The notes beneath the pieces were generated by a model that saw only the letters and a list, made by a program, of their open reading frames with translations, was not told the origin of the DNA and made no database searches. From Candidatus Sungiibacteriota bacterium (GTDB lineage Bacteria > Patescibacteriota > Minisyncoccia > Sungbacterales > JACQCQ01): DNA of 42,835 nucleotides. The stretch lies in NCBI GenBank assembly GCA_016201505.1, contig JACQCQ010000008.1, forward strand, positions 1-42,835, given 5' to 3'. Positions 29,588 to 38,526 of the stretch are shown piece by piece (the first letter of the stretch is position 1; every line of letters begins with the position of its first letter). Position numbers and translations under genes: made by a program.

Positions 29588-29619
29588 AATTCACAGCCAA
29601 ATTTTCACTACCTGGCATA
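29302..29619 (-). mobile_element. Inverted-repeat-flanked GIY-YIG cassette with TATG duplication
   Basis: 25-bp imperfect IRs at 29302-29326 and 29595-29619 (20/25 identical). Confidence 0.75.
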
Positions 29620-30198
29620 GGTTCCTTTTAGATCATTCCATTTAATGATTAAAAGTTCGCGGAAGGTTGAAACATAGGCAGAAAGGCCGACTTTAGAGCC
29701 CGGCGGATTGTGCCAAATAACTGGGACTTCTTTAATTTTTAAGCCAGATTTTTCACCTACTATTAATAACTCTGAGTCGAAAAACCATGCTTTATCTTCA
29801 ACAAGCGGCAACAGCTCATCGATGACCGCGCCCGCGAGTTCAATTGAACCAATCACCAGATCATAGCCTTGCTGTAAATAGGGTTCCATTTTGCCGAAAT
29901 GATCGGGCGCGGTTGAGTTGTCGGCATCAGAAAATAACCGAACCGCACCCCCGGCTTTTAGCATTCCATCAAGAACGGCACCGCCCTTGCCCGCATCATT
30001 TGCCTCAAGAATGGAAAGCTCGCGAATTTCCTTCATCAAGCGCTCAACAATTTCTCGCGTTCGATCGCCCGAATGGCTGTCTACGACAATGATTTCATAT
30101 TCAATAGCGCGTCCGGAAAGATAGGCGTTAACTTCCCGAATCGATTTTTCAATATTTCGTTCCTCATTTTTTGACGGAATAATCCAGGAGAGATACAT
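29608..30198 (-). CDS. GT2 glycosyltransferase (Dol-P-glucosyltransferase-like), apparently internally deleted
   Basis: IIPSKNEE, VVDSHSGD, GKGGAV, FSDADNS, FDSELL; the DTQCGFK segment is missing. Confidence 0.75.
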   Translation of the reverse strand: MYLSWIIPSKNEERNIEKSIREVNAYLSGRAIEYEIIVVDSHSGDRTREIVERLMKEIRELSILEANDAGKGGAVLDGMLKAGGAVRLFSDADNSTAPDHFGKMEPYLQQGYDLVIGSIELAGAVIDELLPLVEDKAWFFDSELLIVGEKSGLKIKEVPVIWHNPPGSKVGLSAYVSTFRELLIIKWNDLKGTYAR

Positions 30199-30202
30199 GG
30201 GA

Positions 30203-30305
30203 GCAGAATTTCTAAGGCCTAATGTCTAATTTTTAAAATTGAGCATGCCGGAAACAAGATCTGCCTAGAGATTAGAAATTAGACATTTATAATTTAGCAT
30301 TTCGA
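30203..30305. repeat. Heptamer-repeat hairpin insert at the yqgF/GT2 junction
   Basis: TCTAAGG-CCTAATG-TCTAATT ... ATTAGAA-ATTAGAC-ATTTATA. Confidence 0.6.
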
Positions 30306-30307
30306 TT

Positions 30308-30697
30308 CTATTGTACTCTATTCCGTTTGTCCAAAAAACTTTGCAGAATGAGCGCTGCCGCCGAGGCATCAGAGTTCTCTTTTGAGTGCATTTCAGCTAT
30401 TTTAGTCGTAAACATCTCGTCCTCAAAGTGCACCTTGGCCGGGCATCGCGAGGCAAGATTCTTGCCGAAGTTTTCAATTTCTTCTCTGACGTCACGCACC
30501 ATGCCCAGGATGGCCTGCGGCTCACCTAAAACGACATTTTCCACCCCCTCCTCACGAACGAGGAGGCAGACCGCGTCAATGATTTCTTCTGCCGAATTAT
30601 TTGCGAGGACTGTATGCGGAAAGGCTATCTTGCCCTCCACATCCGAAAGCGAGATGCCGACCCGCGCCCTGCCGTAATCGATTCCCAAGTATTTCAT
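30308..30697 (-). CDS. yqgF: YqgF/RuvX pre-16S rRNA nuclease
   Basis: YLGIDYG..RVGISLSD, DEMFTT, DASAAALILQSFLD; the start overlaps the map stop. Confidence 0.92.
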   Translation of the reverse strand: MKYLGIDYGRARVGISLSDVEGKIAFPHTVLANNSAEEIIDAVCLLVREEGVENVVLGEPQAILGMVRDVREEIENFGKNLASRCPAKVHFEDEMFTTKIAEMHSKENSDASAAALILQSFLDKRNRVQ

Positions 30698-31506
30698 CCC
30701 GTTATAACTTGATGTCCATCTTTTGTTACCACAACCGTATGCTCGAAGTGAGCCGCCAATTTTCCATCGGCAGTGCGGAAGGTCCATTCATCGGGATCGA
30801 GCCTGACGCGCCAGGTCCCTTCAGTCGCCATCGGCTCGATGGCGATGACCATGCCTTCTTTTAATACGAGGCCCTTCCCCCGCTCGCCGAAATTAGGCAC
30901 AAAGGGATCTTCATGCACTTTATACCCCACGCCGTGCCCGGCGAGATCCCGCACCACGCCGAATCCGTGATTCTCGATGTGCGCCTGGATTGCCGCTCCG
31001 ATATCGCCGATTGTAGCACCCGCTTTTACTTCTTTAATCCCCAAGTCAAGCGACTCGCGCGTCACACGAATTAATTTTTCAGCCGTCTTTGAAATTGCGC
31101 CGACACCGACGGTAATCGCCATATCAGTTGCCATCGGCCGCACGCCACTTAATTCTTTATTCTTTATTCTTAATTCTTTTCCCGGCCACCACATTCCAAT
31201 ATCAAGACTCACCACATCGCCGTCTTGGAAGATTTGCGTTTTTGGGGGAATAGCGTGAACCACTGCGTCATTCACCGATACGCAAATCGAAGCCGGATAG
31301 GGAGTTTTGGCGCCATAGGGATTATACCCTTTAAATGAAGGCTCACCGCCTGCGGCTCGAATCAATCTCTCGGCGAGTCTATCAATCTCACCCGCCGAAA
31401 CGCCGGACGCGACCGCCTGCGACACCTCACGCAAAACTTCAGCGAGCCGCCGCCCGCCTTCACCTAAAGTCTTAATCTCTGCTTTAGATTTAATGCTAAG
31501 GTTCAT
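30694..31506 (-). CDS. map: Methionine aminopeptidase type I
   Basis: CVSVND.VVH, GHGVG..HEDP, AIEPM, AHFEHT. Confidence 0.96.
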   Translation of the reverse strand: MNLSIKSKAEIKTLGEGGRRLAEVLREVSQAVASGVSAGEIDRLAERLIRAAGGEPSFKGYNPYGAKTPYPASICVSVNDAVVHAIPPKTQIFQDGDVVSLDIGMWWPGKELRIKNKELSGVRPMATDMAITVGVGAISKTAEKLIRVTRESLDLGIKEVKAGATIGDIGAAIQAHIENHGFGVVRDLAGHGVGYKVHEDPFVPNFGERGKGLVLKEGMVIAIEPMATEGTWRVRLDPDEWTFRTADGKLAAHFEHTVVVTKDGHQVITG

Positions 31507-31606
31507 CCCGTCAGAAAATTAACTCCTGACTTTTCAGAAATTTATCTACGCTATAATAGTTTTGGTCTCTAATGTATCCCATAGCACGCCTCAATTTTTT
31601 AACCGG
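31507..31606. repeat. Degenerate CCCGTTAGA element (100 bp) at the adk/map junction
   Basis: CCCGTCAGAAAATTAA / TCAATTTTTTAACCGG. Confidence 0.75.
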
Positions 31607-31607
31607 A

Positions 31608-32294
31608 CTATCCCAATACTTTCAAGAAATTTTCTTTTAGAGACTGGGATACTATATCAGCGAGAGGCTCGCCGTCAATTTCTATCACCGGTATATTTTT
31701 CGATCGCAGATAATTGAGAACGGGCTCGGTCAGCCGATGAAAGACCTTGAGCCGCTCGCCGATTATTTCGGACGTGTCATCCGGCCGAGACGAGACCGTG
31801 CCACCGCAATCCGGGCATAAGAGAGGCGCCGGCTCATTCGGTGACCAGGGGAATACCCGGCCGCATTCGGTGCAAATTTTTCTTTTGGTATTCCTAAAAA
31901 GTGAGGTGTCGTCTTTTACCACAATCGAGAAGGCGGCCATTCTCCCAGGATAAAGAATTTGTATTTCAGGAATTTCTTTGTCCGCTTCAACTAATGTTCT
32001 CGGATTTCCCGAGAAGATAATACTTTTTCCTTCAGCCGCGAGCTCCTTTACTTTTTGAATCACCATGCTTTCCACCCACATTGAATCATTCAACTGGCCG
32101 GCGTCGTATTTCGCTTTTTCTTCTTTAATTTTTGGGTCACCCGTTTTTGATGGGTCGTGGAGCATTTCGCGCAGGAGTTCGCCGGAATCCAAATCCACCG
32201 CCCCGAATTCTTGCGCCAAAAACGCCGCCTGGGTTGATTTCCCCGATCCCGGCGGCCCGAAGACAAATACGGCGAATGGTTTTAGCGATTCCAT
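31608..32294 (-). CDS. adk: Adenylate kinase (Zn-lid type)
   Basis: GPPGSGKSTQA, G.PR, CxxC..CxxC lid, R.DD. Confidence 0.9.
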   Translation of the reverse strand: MESLKPFAVFVFGPPGSGKSTQAAFLAQEFGAVDLDSGELLREMLHDPSKTGDPKIKEEKAKYDAGQLNDSMWVESMVIQKVKELAAEGKSIIFSGNPRTLVEADKEIPEIQILYPGRMAAFSIVVKDDTSLFRNTKRKICTECGRVFPWSPNEPAPLLCPDCGGTVSSRPDDTSEIIGERLKVFHRLTEPVLNYLRSKNIPVIEIDGEPLADIVSQSLKENFLKVLG

Positions 32295-32300
32295 CGGCGC

Positions 32301-32825
32301 TTACTGACTCTGCAATTCACCTACCACAAATCGTTCCATGACGGCGTGTCCCTCTTGCATCACCGGCACGTCGACTTGGTAATCAAATTGATGATCGCCG
32401 TTATCGGAATGAATCATGGCGTAGTAGACGCCCAAGACCGTCGGCCGCAAGAGATCAATCATTTTGTTTTCTGATGTACCCTTCCCTATGTAAAGAGCAC
32501 CCAAAATATTTCCTGGCTTTCCATCTTTGTCTTCATGAATCACGGCCCAGCCGTTATCTGTCATGCTGACTGATTTGATGACGACCGAATCCCCCGCCTT
32601 TTGATCATCTACCATGATTGAGTATCCGCCGCCCGACGAAGATGAAATCGAGGGACTCGAAAGATCTAAAGAGCTTGAAGCATATTGCGTTTCTTCGGTT
32701 TTACCGTTCGTTGAAACTGGCTGACGCAGAGAATAGCGCCCCGCCAAAAACCCGGCGCCGCCGGCAACAACAGCCGCAATGGCAAGGCCCGCAACAAACT
32801 GCCGGTTGGTATACATCATGATCAT
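32301..32825 (-). CDS. Hypothetical membrane-anchored beta-sandwich protein
   Basis: N-terminal TM helix; GWAVIH..G.ILGA and YYAMIH.DNGD motifs. Confidence 0.7.
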   Translation of the reverse strand: MIMMYTNRQFVAGLAIAAVVAGGAGFLAGRYSLRQPVSTNGKTEETQYASSSLDLSSPSISSSSGGGYSIMVDDQKAGDSVVIKSVSMTDNGWAVIHEDKDGKPGNILGALYIGKGTSENKMIDLLRPTVLGVYYAMIHSDNGDHQFDYQVDVPVMQEGHAVMERFVVGELQSQ

Positions 32826-32983
32826 CTTGGTAGAATACTTACTTTATTTGTATCTCCATCATAATAGCTTCGTCTTCAGCCTGTCGACTTGACACTCTAT
32901 ATACAATATGATAATAAATACGAAGAGCACATTTTAGTTCCCACTTGGATAACTTGCGGTTAACCCCTACTCGGAGGCATGCT

Positions 32984-33511
32984 GTGATCTACGAATGGAA
33001 GCTCCATCAGTGCGAAGCCGGTCACTTTCACTTCATCTCACTCCCCGATTTTCCTTCGTGGCCGTTCTGGTCACATTGGGCAGGCAAGCTGATGTTGAAG
33101 CTCATCTCAAGGAACACTGAAAGGTGGCCGATCGAGAATCAGATTCTCTGGGAGAAAGAGATTGCGAGGATGCGTCTCGAGCTTGCAAAGCTCGTGGGAC
33201 GTCGCCGTCGCAACAAGCTCGGTCAGTTCGTTAAGGGTCGCGGAAACGATCGCTTCGTGCTAACCCAGAACCAGCACCAGTTCGATCAAGACTTGATAGC
33301 CGAACAGTGGGAGGAGTTTTTCGGTGGTAAGACAAAGAACGTCTTCCTGCGCCATGAGCTTCTGCGATACATCCCGCTCTCCTGTGATTTCGTGAATCGT
33401 CCTGGCGAGAATCAGAAAGAGCCGTGGCTGATCAATGATTTGATGAACCTCCCGGCTAGGCCAGTAACGCCGCTACGGCGAGGAATCAAGTTGAAGAAGC
33501 TCGTGGCCTGA
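32984..33511 (+). CDS. Hypothetical protein
   Basis: GGAGG before the GTG; TTGACA..-10-like promoter near 32889-32917; hairpin downstream. Confidence 0.55.
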   Translation: MIYEWKLHQCEAGHFHFISLPDFPSWPFWSHWAGKLMLKLISRNTERWPIENQILWEKEIARMRLELAKLVGRRRRNKLGQFVKGRGNDRFVLTQNQHQFDQDLIAEQWEEFFGGKTKNVFLRHELLRYIPLSCDFVNRPGENQKEPWLINDLMNLPARPVTPLRRGIKLKKLVA

Positions 33512-33596
33512 TTAAGTCTTGCGAGTTCAAGTCTCGCGCAGGAAAGTTCCTCGCAGGACTTTTCTGTTTCTAATAAGAGGATGTAAAATCAAATTT

Positions 33597-34292
33597 ATGG
33601 GTGCACAAATTTACGAAGATAATCCGTTTGAAGATGAAATAGTAGCCAAAGAGTGGATAAATTCAATCGAGAATGAGCACGGAATGATCCGTGATAAAGA
33701 ACTCTATCCCAAACTTAAAGATTGGGTTGTTTTAACGGCTGCTGAAGTCATCGTAGAAATTGGCTCCGGACAAGGAATTTGTGCAGAAAAATCCATTCCT
33801 AACTCAATGCAGTATATTGGCATTGAACCATCAGAGACATTAGTTAAACGAGCTGAAGAACTATACCTCAGACCAAATAGAAAATTTATTATTGGGAATG
33901 CTTATAATCTACCCTTACCAGATTTGTATGCAGATGCAGCGTTTTCGATAAATGTTTGGTTTCACCTTAGAGATCTCCCGACTGCTTCAAAAGAACTACA
34001 GCGTATACTGAAACCGGGAGCCAGGTTTTGTGTCATGACAGTGAATCCCAATATGAATAATGTTTGGGAGTCGTTTTACTTTGATTATAAAAAGGAAGGA
34101 AATGCCATTGATGGCAAGGTGATGATCCCAGTAAACCCGTTATCACGAAATGTATTCTACCAACATACTTTGGAAGAAATTTTGGAGGCTCTCAAATCTA
34201 ATAATCTTGTGATGGAAAAGATCGAAAACTTTGGCTTTACCGATACCAAGGATGACGGACTATTTATTAATATTATTGGACATAAAAATTAG
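33597..34292 (+). CDS. Class I SAM-dependent methyltransferase
   Basis: VEIGSGQG, GNAYNLP, RILKPG. Confidence 0.88.
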   Translation: MGAQIYEDNPFEDEIVAKEWINSIENEHGMIRDKELYPKLKDWVVLTAAEVIVEIGSGQGICAEKSIPNSMQYIGIEPSETLVKRAEELYLRPNRKFIIGNAYNLPLPDLYADAAFSINVWFHLRDLPTASKELQRILKPGARFCVMTVNPNMNNVWESFYFDYKKEGNAIDGKVMIPVNPLSRNVFYQHTLEEILEALKSNNLVMEKIENFGFTDTKDDGLFINIIGHKN

Positions 34293-34470
34293 AGAAATTA
34301 CCTATACCAAAAGCACTTAGAGAGTACTTTTTGGTATGGGTCTCTCACTTTTAACGGCGAATATAAGACACCAACGACGCTACCTTAAGCAAGCCTCAAG
34401 TGAAAATACGCTTTCTAGAAACGCTCGACAAAAGTTTCGAAGAAACTACCATCGGCAAGCCTAAAACGAA

Positions 34471-34590
34471 GAGCCCTTTACCAAAACGCTCGGCCGACGA
34501 TGCGACCCGGTTCTCGCGAAACGAGATCGCAAGGAGGCCGGCGAGTCGAAATTTCCGGTGGGAAATGAGACGCTTTTGGTAAAGCGGCTC
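34471..34590. repeat. Inverted-repeat element immediately after the secY stop
   Basis: GAGCCCTTTACCAAAACGCTC ... GAGACGCTTTTGGTAAAGCGGCTC. Confidence 0.7.
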
Positions 34591-34593
34591 GAG

Positions 34594-35859
34594 CTAGTCA
34601 TATTCGCGCATCACGAGCTGCGCATCCACTTGCTTCATGGTCTCGAGAATTACCGAGACCACAATGAGTAACGCCGTACCACCGAGCGTAATGGCTTTAA
34701 TGCTTAGAAGATTTTGAATAATTAGGGGCAGAACCGCAATCGCGCCAAGAAATAAGGCGCCGGCCAGCGTAATGCGCGAGAGAATTTTAGAAAGATACTC
34801 TGCAGTCGGACGCCCCGGCCGAATGCCTAAAATAAATCCGCCTTGTTTTTGGATGTTTTCTGAAATGGCACCGGGATCAAAGGTGAGGCCGGTGTAGACA
34901 TAGGTGAAGGCAAATACCAAAAGAAAATAAACCGCGGCATAAATCCAGGTATTATTGAAGGCTGCAATCAAGAAATGCGAGGTTGCTTGCGCCCAGCCGG
35001 CACTCACCCCGGCTAAAATATTTCCCACTAGTCCCGGAAATAATACAATCGAGATCGCAAAAATAATCGGAATAACGCCGGCCTGATTGACGCGCAACGG
35101 CAAATGCGTCGAGACGCCGCCATAAACGCGCATGCCGCGGACACGCTTGGCATACGAGACCGGAATATTGCGCTGGCCTTCTGAAATTAAGACGACGCCG
35201 CCGATCACAGTTAAGGCAACGATTAAGAAAACGAGATAAACCGGAACCTGCGAGGGATCAAACGTCGTTAATGCATTTCCGAAGTCGCTCGGGAGACGCG
35301 AGACGATACCAGCAAAAATCAAAAGCGAAACACCGTTCCCAATTCCCTTTTCCGTGATCAATTCACCCAGCCACATCAAGACCAGCGTCCCGGCAGTCAC
35401 TACCGCAATATTTGTGAGAAATCCAAAGGGCGTTAAATGCGGCAAAACCTGCTTACGGATAAGTAATATCAGAAGTCCGTAGGACTGCAAAATGGCGAGC
35501 GGCACTGTGAGTATCCGCGAATACTGATTGAAGCGCTGGCGGCCGGCCTCACCCTCTTCCTGGTAGATTTCTTTGAGCCGCGGGAAAATCATCGTCAGCA
35601 ACTGCATAATAATCGAGGCCGTAATATAGGGCCCGACACCGAGCATGACAATCGAAAGATTATTTAAAGCACCACCCGAGAAAATATTTAAGAGGCCGAA
35701 GAATTGATTTCCCTGAAAAAATGAGCGAAGGCGGGTAGGATCAACCCCCGGCACAGGAATGGCGGCGAACAAGCGGAATACGACGAGCATCCCCAAAATA
35801 AACAGGAATTTGTTGCGAAGTTCAGGGGTTGTTACGATTTGTTTTAATTTTTGCAACAT
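34594..35859 (-). CDS. secY: Preprotein translocase SecY
   Basis: LGVGPYITASII, GIGNGVSL, AGVIPIIFA, GIRPG. Confidence 0.97.
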   Translation of the reverse strand: MLQKLKQIVTTPELRNKFLFILGMLVVFRLFAAIPVPGVDPTRLRSFFQGNQFFGLLNIFSGGALNNLSIVMLGVGPYITASIIMQLLTMIFPRLKEIYQEEGEAGRQRFNQYSRILTVPLAILQSYGLLILLIRKQVLPHLTPFGFLTNIAVVTAGTLVLMWLGELITEKGIGNGVSLLIFAGIVSRLPSDFGNALTTFDPSQVPVYLVFLIVALTVIGGVVLISEGQRNIPVSYAKRVRGMRVYGGVSTHLPLRVNQAGVIPIIFAISIVLFPGLVGNILAGVSAGWAQATSHFLIAAFNNTWIYAAVYFLLVFAFTYVYTGLTFDPGAISENIQKQGGFILGIRPGRPTAEYLSKILSRITLAGALFLGAIAVLPLIIQNLLSIKAITLGGTALLIVVSVILETMKQVDAQLVMREYD

Positions 35860-35861
35860 GG

Positions 35862-35970
35862 AGTAATCTCTAATATACGAATACACACCAAATACACAAA
35901 TAACATACCGGCATATTCGATACTCGTTTTAGCATACTCGTATATTTTGCCAGAATTTGTATATTCGCGA
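35862..35970. repeat. Short-period repeat hairpin insert at the rplO/secY junction
   Basis: AATATACGAAT..AAATACACAAAT ... ATTTGTATATTCG. Confidence 0.65.
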
Positions 35971-36405
35971 TTACTTCCTCACTGATCCTCCAGCATTCTC
36001 GATCATGGCGCGGGCACTCTTCGAAACCGGAATGCCAACCAATGAAAGATTCTTAGACATGGGAGTATTGCCAAGAATCTTTACCCGCGGCAGTTTCCCG
36101 TTTCTGGTTGAAATCATCTTCTTGCGAGCCAAGTTTCTCATTGAGACGATGTCGCCTTTGGCGAAGGCATCCTCAAGTCTCGTAAGCGAGATGGCCACGA
36201 CCGGCGTCTGAAACGAGCGGAACTTATAGCCGCGAAGCTTGGGGATACGTTTAATAACATCGCGCATCTCCGGCCGAATTTTATGCCCGGCGCGAGCTTT
36301 TTGGCCTTTCGTACCGCGGCCAGCGGTAGTCCCCCGTTTTCCGCCGCGCCCGACCCTCTGGCCGCGGCGTAAATGTTTACTTCTTTCTAGTGAATAGAGT
36401 TGCAT
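35971..36405 (-). CDS. rplO: 50S ribosomal protein L15
   Basis: RVGRGGKRGTTAGRGTKGQKAR. Confidence 0.95.
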   Translation of the reverse strand: MQLYSLERSKHLRRGQRVGRGGKRGTTAGRGTKGQKARAGHKIRPEMRDVIKRIPKLRGYKFRSFQTPVVAISLTRLEDAFAKGDIVSMRNLARKKMISTRNGKLPRVKILGNTPMSKNLSLVGIPVSKSARAMIENAGGSVRK

Positions 36406-36408
36406 GTG

Positions 36409-36891
36409 TTATTCAAATGACTGTAATTGCTTTAACGCCTCGATGGTCGCTCTGGCATTGTTTAATTTGTTGGCTGATCGGGAGATAATTTTTGAAGTCA
36501 GATTCTGAATGCCGGCGAGATTGGCGACAGTTCGCACGGGACCGCCAGCGATAAGTCCGCGGCCTTCAGAGGCTGGGCGGAGCTTTACGATAGCGCTGCC
36601 ATATTTAGCCATGACGTCATGGGCGATACTGCCTGCTTTCGTAATTGGGACTTGCAGCATATTGCGCTTGGCGTTACTCGCCGCCTTATCGATTGAAAGA
36701 GCAACGTCAGCGCCTTTGCCAATCCCAACCGCAACGCGCCCCTTTCGGTTTCCCATCACAATAGTAGTACGAAAACTAAATCGGCGGCCGCCTTTTACGA
36801 CACGGGCAACACGCCGGATATCCAGCGTCTTCTGATCGTATTCGGACCGTTCTCTTGGCGGTCCTTGTCGTCTAAATTCACGTCGTGCCAT
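36409..36891 (-). CDS. rpsE: 30S ribosomal protein S5
   Basis: RVARVVKGGRRFSF. Confidence 0.96.
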   Translation of the reverse strand: MARREFRRQGPPRERSEYDQKTLDIRRVARVVKGGRRFSFRTTIVMGNRKGRVAVGIGKGADVALSIDKAASNAKRNMLQVPITKAGSIAHDVMAKYGSAIVKLRPASEGRGLIAGGPVRTVANLAGIQNLTSKIISRSANKLNNARATIEALKQLQSFE

Positions 36892-37083
36892 GCCTTTGAT
36901 GTCTAAATTTGTAAAGTCCCTGCTGTAGCAAATGTAGCCGCGGCCAAGAGCACCCAGCCAAGTTTTTCAGCGGCTGTATGCCCACCTTGAAATAGCAAGT
37001 TATCATAGCTGAAAAACTTGGGCGGGTAAAGGTTTTGTGACATAATTTTTTTCATAGTCAGGCAAAAATTCTGACAAAGCCCT
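36892..37083 (-). repeat. CCCGCCCAA hairpin element filling the rplR/rpsE junction
   Basis: GGGCTTTGTCAGAATT...CCCGCCCAAGTTTTTCAGC-loop-GCTGAAAAACTTGG. Confidence 0.85.
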
Positions 37084-37455
37084 TTAAAATGCTAGTCCAG
37101 CTTTACGCGCCGCATCGGCTAAGGCTTTAATCCGACCATGATATTTATATCCGCCGCGATCAAACACAACCGCTTTTATCTTTTTCTCCAAAGCTTTTTT
37201 AGCAATCTCGGCGCCGACATAGGTTGCTCGTTCGATCGGGGTTGGTTTCTTCTTTCCCCCTGCTCTTTTCATTGCGTCATGGGCTGAAACAATGGTTTTC
37301 CCTACCGCGTCATCAATAATTTGAGCATACATATGCTTCCCAGAGCGGAAAATTGAAAGACGGGGCAGAGTTCGGCTCACAGCGCGAAGTTTGAAGCGGG
37401 TCCTTCGCGCGCGCGTTTTTTGCTGTATTCGTTTTCGTGATGAAGTAAGTCCCAT
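37084..37455 (-). CDS. rplR: 50S ribosomal protein L18
   Basis: [25 protein letters not shown]. Confidence 0.96.
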   Translation of the reverse strand: MGLTSSRKRIQQKTRARRTRFKLRAVSRTLPRLSIFRSGKHMYAQIIDDAVGKTIVSAHDAMKRAGGKKKPTPIERATYVGAEIAKKALEKKIKAVVFDRGGYKYHGRIKALADAARKAGLAF

Positions 37456-37460
37456 ATGAG

Positions 37461-37588
37461 TTAAACCCTAAATCCGAAATTCAAAATACGAAACAAATTC
37501 AAAGCTCCAAACTCGAAACGTTTTTGATTTTGGACTTTTATGATTTTCATATTTGTTTAGGATTTAGGATTTCGTGCTTTGGGTTTTT
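37461..37588. repeat. Heptamer-repeat hairpin insert at the rplF/rplR junction
   Basis: AAACCCTAAATCCGAAAT ... TTTAGGATTTAGGATTTCG; same family as the rnpB and lepA inserts. Confidence 0.85.
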
Positions 37589-37589
37589 A

Positions 37590-38135
37590 CTACGCAGCGC
37601 CCGTTGAGGCTTTCTTACCGGCTTTGCGGCGGATCGTCTCGCCCAGGTAATGAATCCCTTTGCCTTTATAGGGCTCGGGCTTTTTAAGGCTCCTGATTTT
37701 GGCAGCCGTCTCGCCGACCGCATCTTTACTGAAACCAGAAACCGTAATCACGTTTTTTTCTACTTTAAATTGAATCCCGTCGGGCGCATCAAACATAACC
37801 GGATGCGAAAATCCAAGCGCGAAAACTAAATTCTTGCCTTCCAAATTTACTCGATATCCCACACCCTCCAACTCCAATTTTTTTTCAAATCCTTTCAAGA
37901 CTCCTTCAATCGAGTGAGCCAGAATCGCGCGCGTTAGGCCCCAGAAAGCCTGAGTCTTTTTAGTTTTTTGTGCCGGGTTAATGAGGATCTGATTGTCTTT
38001 CACTGCCACTTTAATTTCCGGCCGGATGTGTCGAACAATCTCGCCTTTGGGGCCTTTCATTTTTACTTCGTCACCAGAAAGCGTGACGGTGACACCTCCG
38101 GGGACTGAGATCGGTTGTTTTCCAATGCGGCTCAT
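37590..38135 (-). CDS. rplF: 50S ribosomal protein L6
   Basis: MSRIGK, PEPYKGKGI. Confidence 0.97.
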   Translation of the reverse strand: MSRIGKQPISVPGGVTVTLSGDEVKMKGPKGEIVRHIRPEIKVAVKDNQILINPAQKTKKTQAFWGLTRAILAHSIEGVLKGFEKKLELEGVGYRVNLEGKNLVFALGFSHPVMFDAPDGIQFKVEKNVITVSGFSKDAVGETAAKIRSLKKPEPYKGKGIHYLGETIRRKAGKKASTGAA

Positions 38136-38526
38136 GCCAATTTTGTTGAAATTATTGAGTAAGGATGCCCGAACGAAAAGAATTGCGCTACAAAACTGAG
38201 CACCCGCCCAAGTTTTTCAACTGATGTGCATACCATTAATTTCGTATTTCTTGTTCGCATTTTCATTTCTTGATTCATAGTCTTGAAAAATTTGGGCGGG
38301 TAAAGGTTTTGTTGCATCATTTTTTTCATAGTCATTCAAAAATTCTGACAAAGCCCTTACCCCGCCCCAATCTAAACGACGTTCGACCGAACCATCAAGA
38401 TTATGAGCCGTCAGACGGCTTCGCCTTCCGTTATCATTTACCCCATCGTTCATGGTTGAGATTGGGGCGGGGTAAGGTTTTGGTATAAAATTTTGTTCGC
38501 TTCGCTCCATAATTCTAACAAAGCCC
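38136..38526 (-). repeat. Two tandem CCCGCCC(C)AA hairpin elements at the rpsH/rplF junction
   Basis: TAAGGGCTTTGT occurs at both about 38529 and 38359; two GC stems. Confidence 0.85.

Noticed and set aside
30199-30307. Bridging mini-ORF across the yqgF/GT2 insert
   Set aside because: Only very short ATG frames are present and none reaches the next start. This is a counter-example to the coupling pattern, as is the early stop in the 11202 element.
36406-36408. Missing rpmD (L30) as a novelty
   Set aside because: Absence of L30 is an established CPR trait.
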